Below, piece after piece: positions 5,209 to 5,546 of a DNA stretch of 5,546 nucleotides (positions are counted from its first letter, which is position 1; each line of letters begins with the position of its first letter). Position numbers and translations under genes: made by a program. This stretch comes from Paraspadella gotoi (Eukaryota; Animalia; Chaetognatha). The stretch covers positions 1-5,546 of the forward strand of contig JBJCIZ010000139.1 in NCBI GenBank assembly GCA_051294375.1, written 5' to 3'. The notes beneath the pieces are model-generated. The model saw nothing but the letters and a program-made list of their open reading frames with translations. It was not told the DNA's origin and did no database searches.

Positions 5209-5546
5209 TCACCATTCGACGTTCAAACGGGTCAGTGATTTATCACAAACATTTCTCTTTCAAAAACTTTTAAACTGTCTATTTTCAATTTCCAAAGTAG
5301 AATTAAACATTGATTCAACTTATCTCAATCGAAAACAATTAAATAATTGTTTATTCATCTATGATTATCAACATTTTACTCGTTAATATCGTCATTTTAC
5401 TCGTTAACGTTTTTACATTAATAGTATTATTATTTGTGGTTTTTATTTTTCGTTATTTCGTTAACGATATTCACCTAACGATTACTCCCAACTGGATCCG
5501 TTTATCGTCCTCAGTAATCATCACAAAATCAACTCAAAACTTTTTT
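5209..5546 (+). other. AT-rich 3' non-coding region of the element (3' PPT and LTR not reached)
   Basis: Abrupt switch to AT-rich sequence after the pol stop. There is no ORF in the track and no G-rich purine tract, and the window ends in T6. It could alternatively be host flank of a truncated copy. Confidence 0.55.
5372..5407 (+). repeat. Exact 15-nt direct repeat
   Basis: CATTTTACTCGTTAA at 5372-5386 and 5393-5407 (21-nt period). Confidence 0.85.

Larger units (their letters stand above)
1..5546 (+). mobile_element. Ty3/Gypsy (Metaviridae) LTR retrotransposon, CsRn1/Kabuki/Boudicca-like clade; internal region, LTRs largely outside the window
   Basis: gag plus pol with PR-RT-RH-IN order (Gypsy, not Copia), YIDD RT motif, GPY/F integrase module and CHCC Gag knuckle. 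Both ORFs are uninterrupted. No sequence is shared between the two window ends, so no LTR pair is visible. The clade call rests on motifs, not on a phylogeny. Confidence 0.95.

Noticed and set aside
5372-5481. CRISPR-like or retron/DGR-type array associated with the RT
   Set aside because: The repeats are short, irregularly spaced and lack unique spacers. The RT is embedded in a standard Gypsy Pol.
5455-5520. Hammerhead ribozyme on the - strand (CUGAGGA = reverse complement of 5508-5514)
   Set aside because: No GAAA directly closes a stem II, and I could not build stems I and III around a cleavage triplet.
4612-5546. env gene, chromodomain or WH2 actin-nucleation module after integrase
   Set aside because: There is no separate ORF, signal peptide, transmembrane segment or aromatic-cage pattern, and no LKKT/V-type motif after the terminal helix.

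Overview
The window is almost entirely the internal region of one apparently intact Ty3/Gypsy (Metaviridae) LTR retrotransposon on the + strand. It has gag (356-1465) ending in a C-X2-H-X9-C-X3-C (CHCC) zinc knuckle typical of the CsRn1/Kabuki/Boudicca clade, and an overlapping pol in the -1 frame (to 5208) with the order protease-RT-RNase H-integrase (HHCC, D,D(35)E, GPY/F). I see no env, chromodomain, 3' polypurine tract or 3' LTR, so the element is probably clipped at both ends. Bases 1-39 may be the end of the 5' LTR, followed by a candidate tRNA-Trp-like primer binding site. The clearest unannotated signal is a complete -1 ribosomal frameshift cassette: G_GAA_AAC, a 5-nt spacer and a hand-derived H-type pseudoknot (1435-1521). 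More speculative points are a leader AUG in the gag frame that splicing or readthrough could join to gag, and two proline-rich additions to Pol, including a 198-aa integrase tail. I cannot claim a new biological system from sequence alone. All structures were paired by eye and no searches were run.
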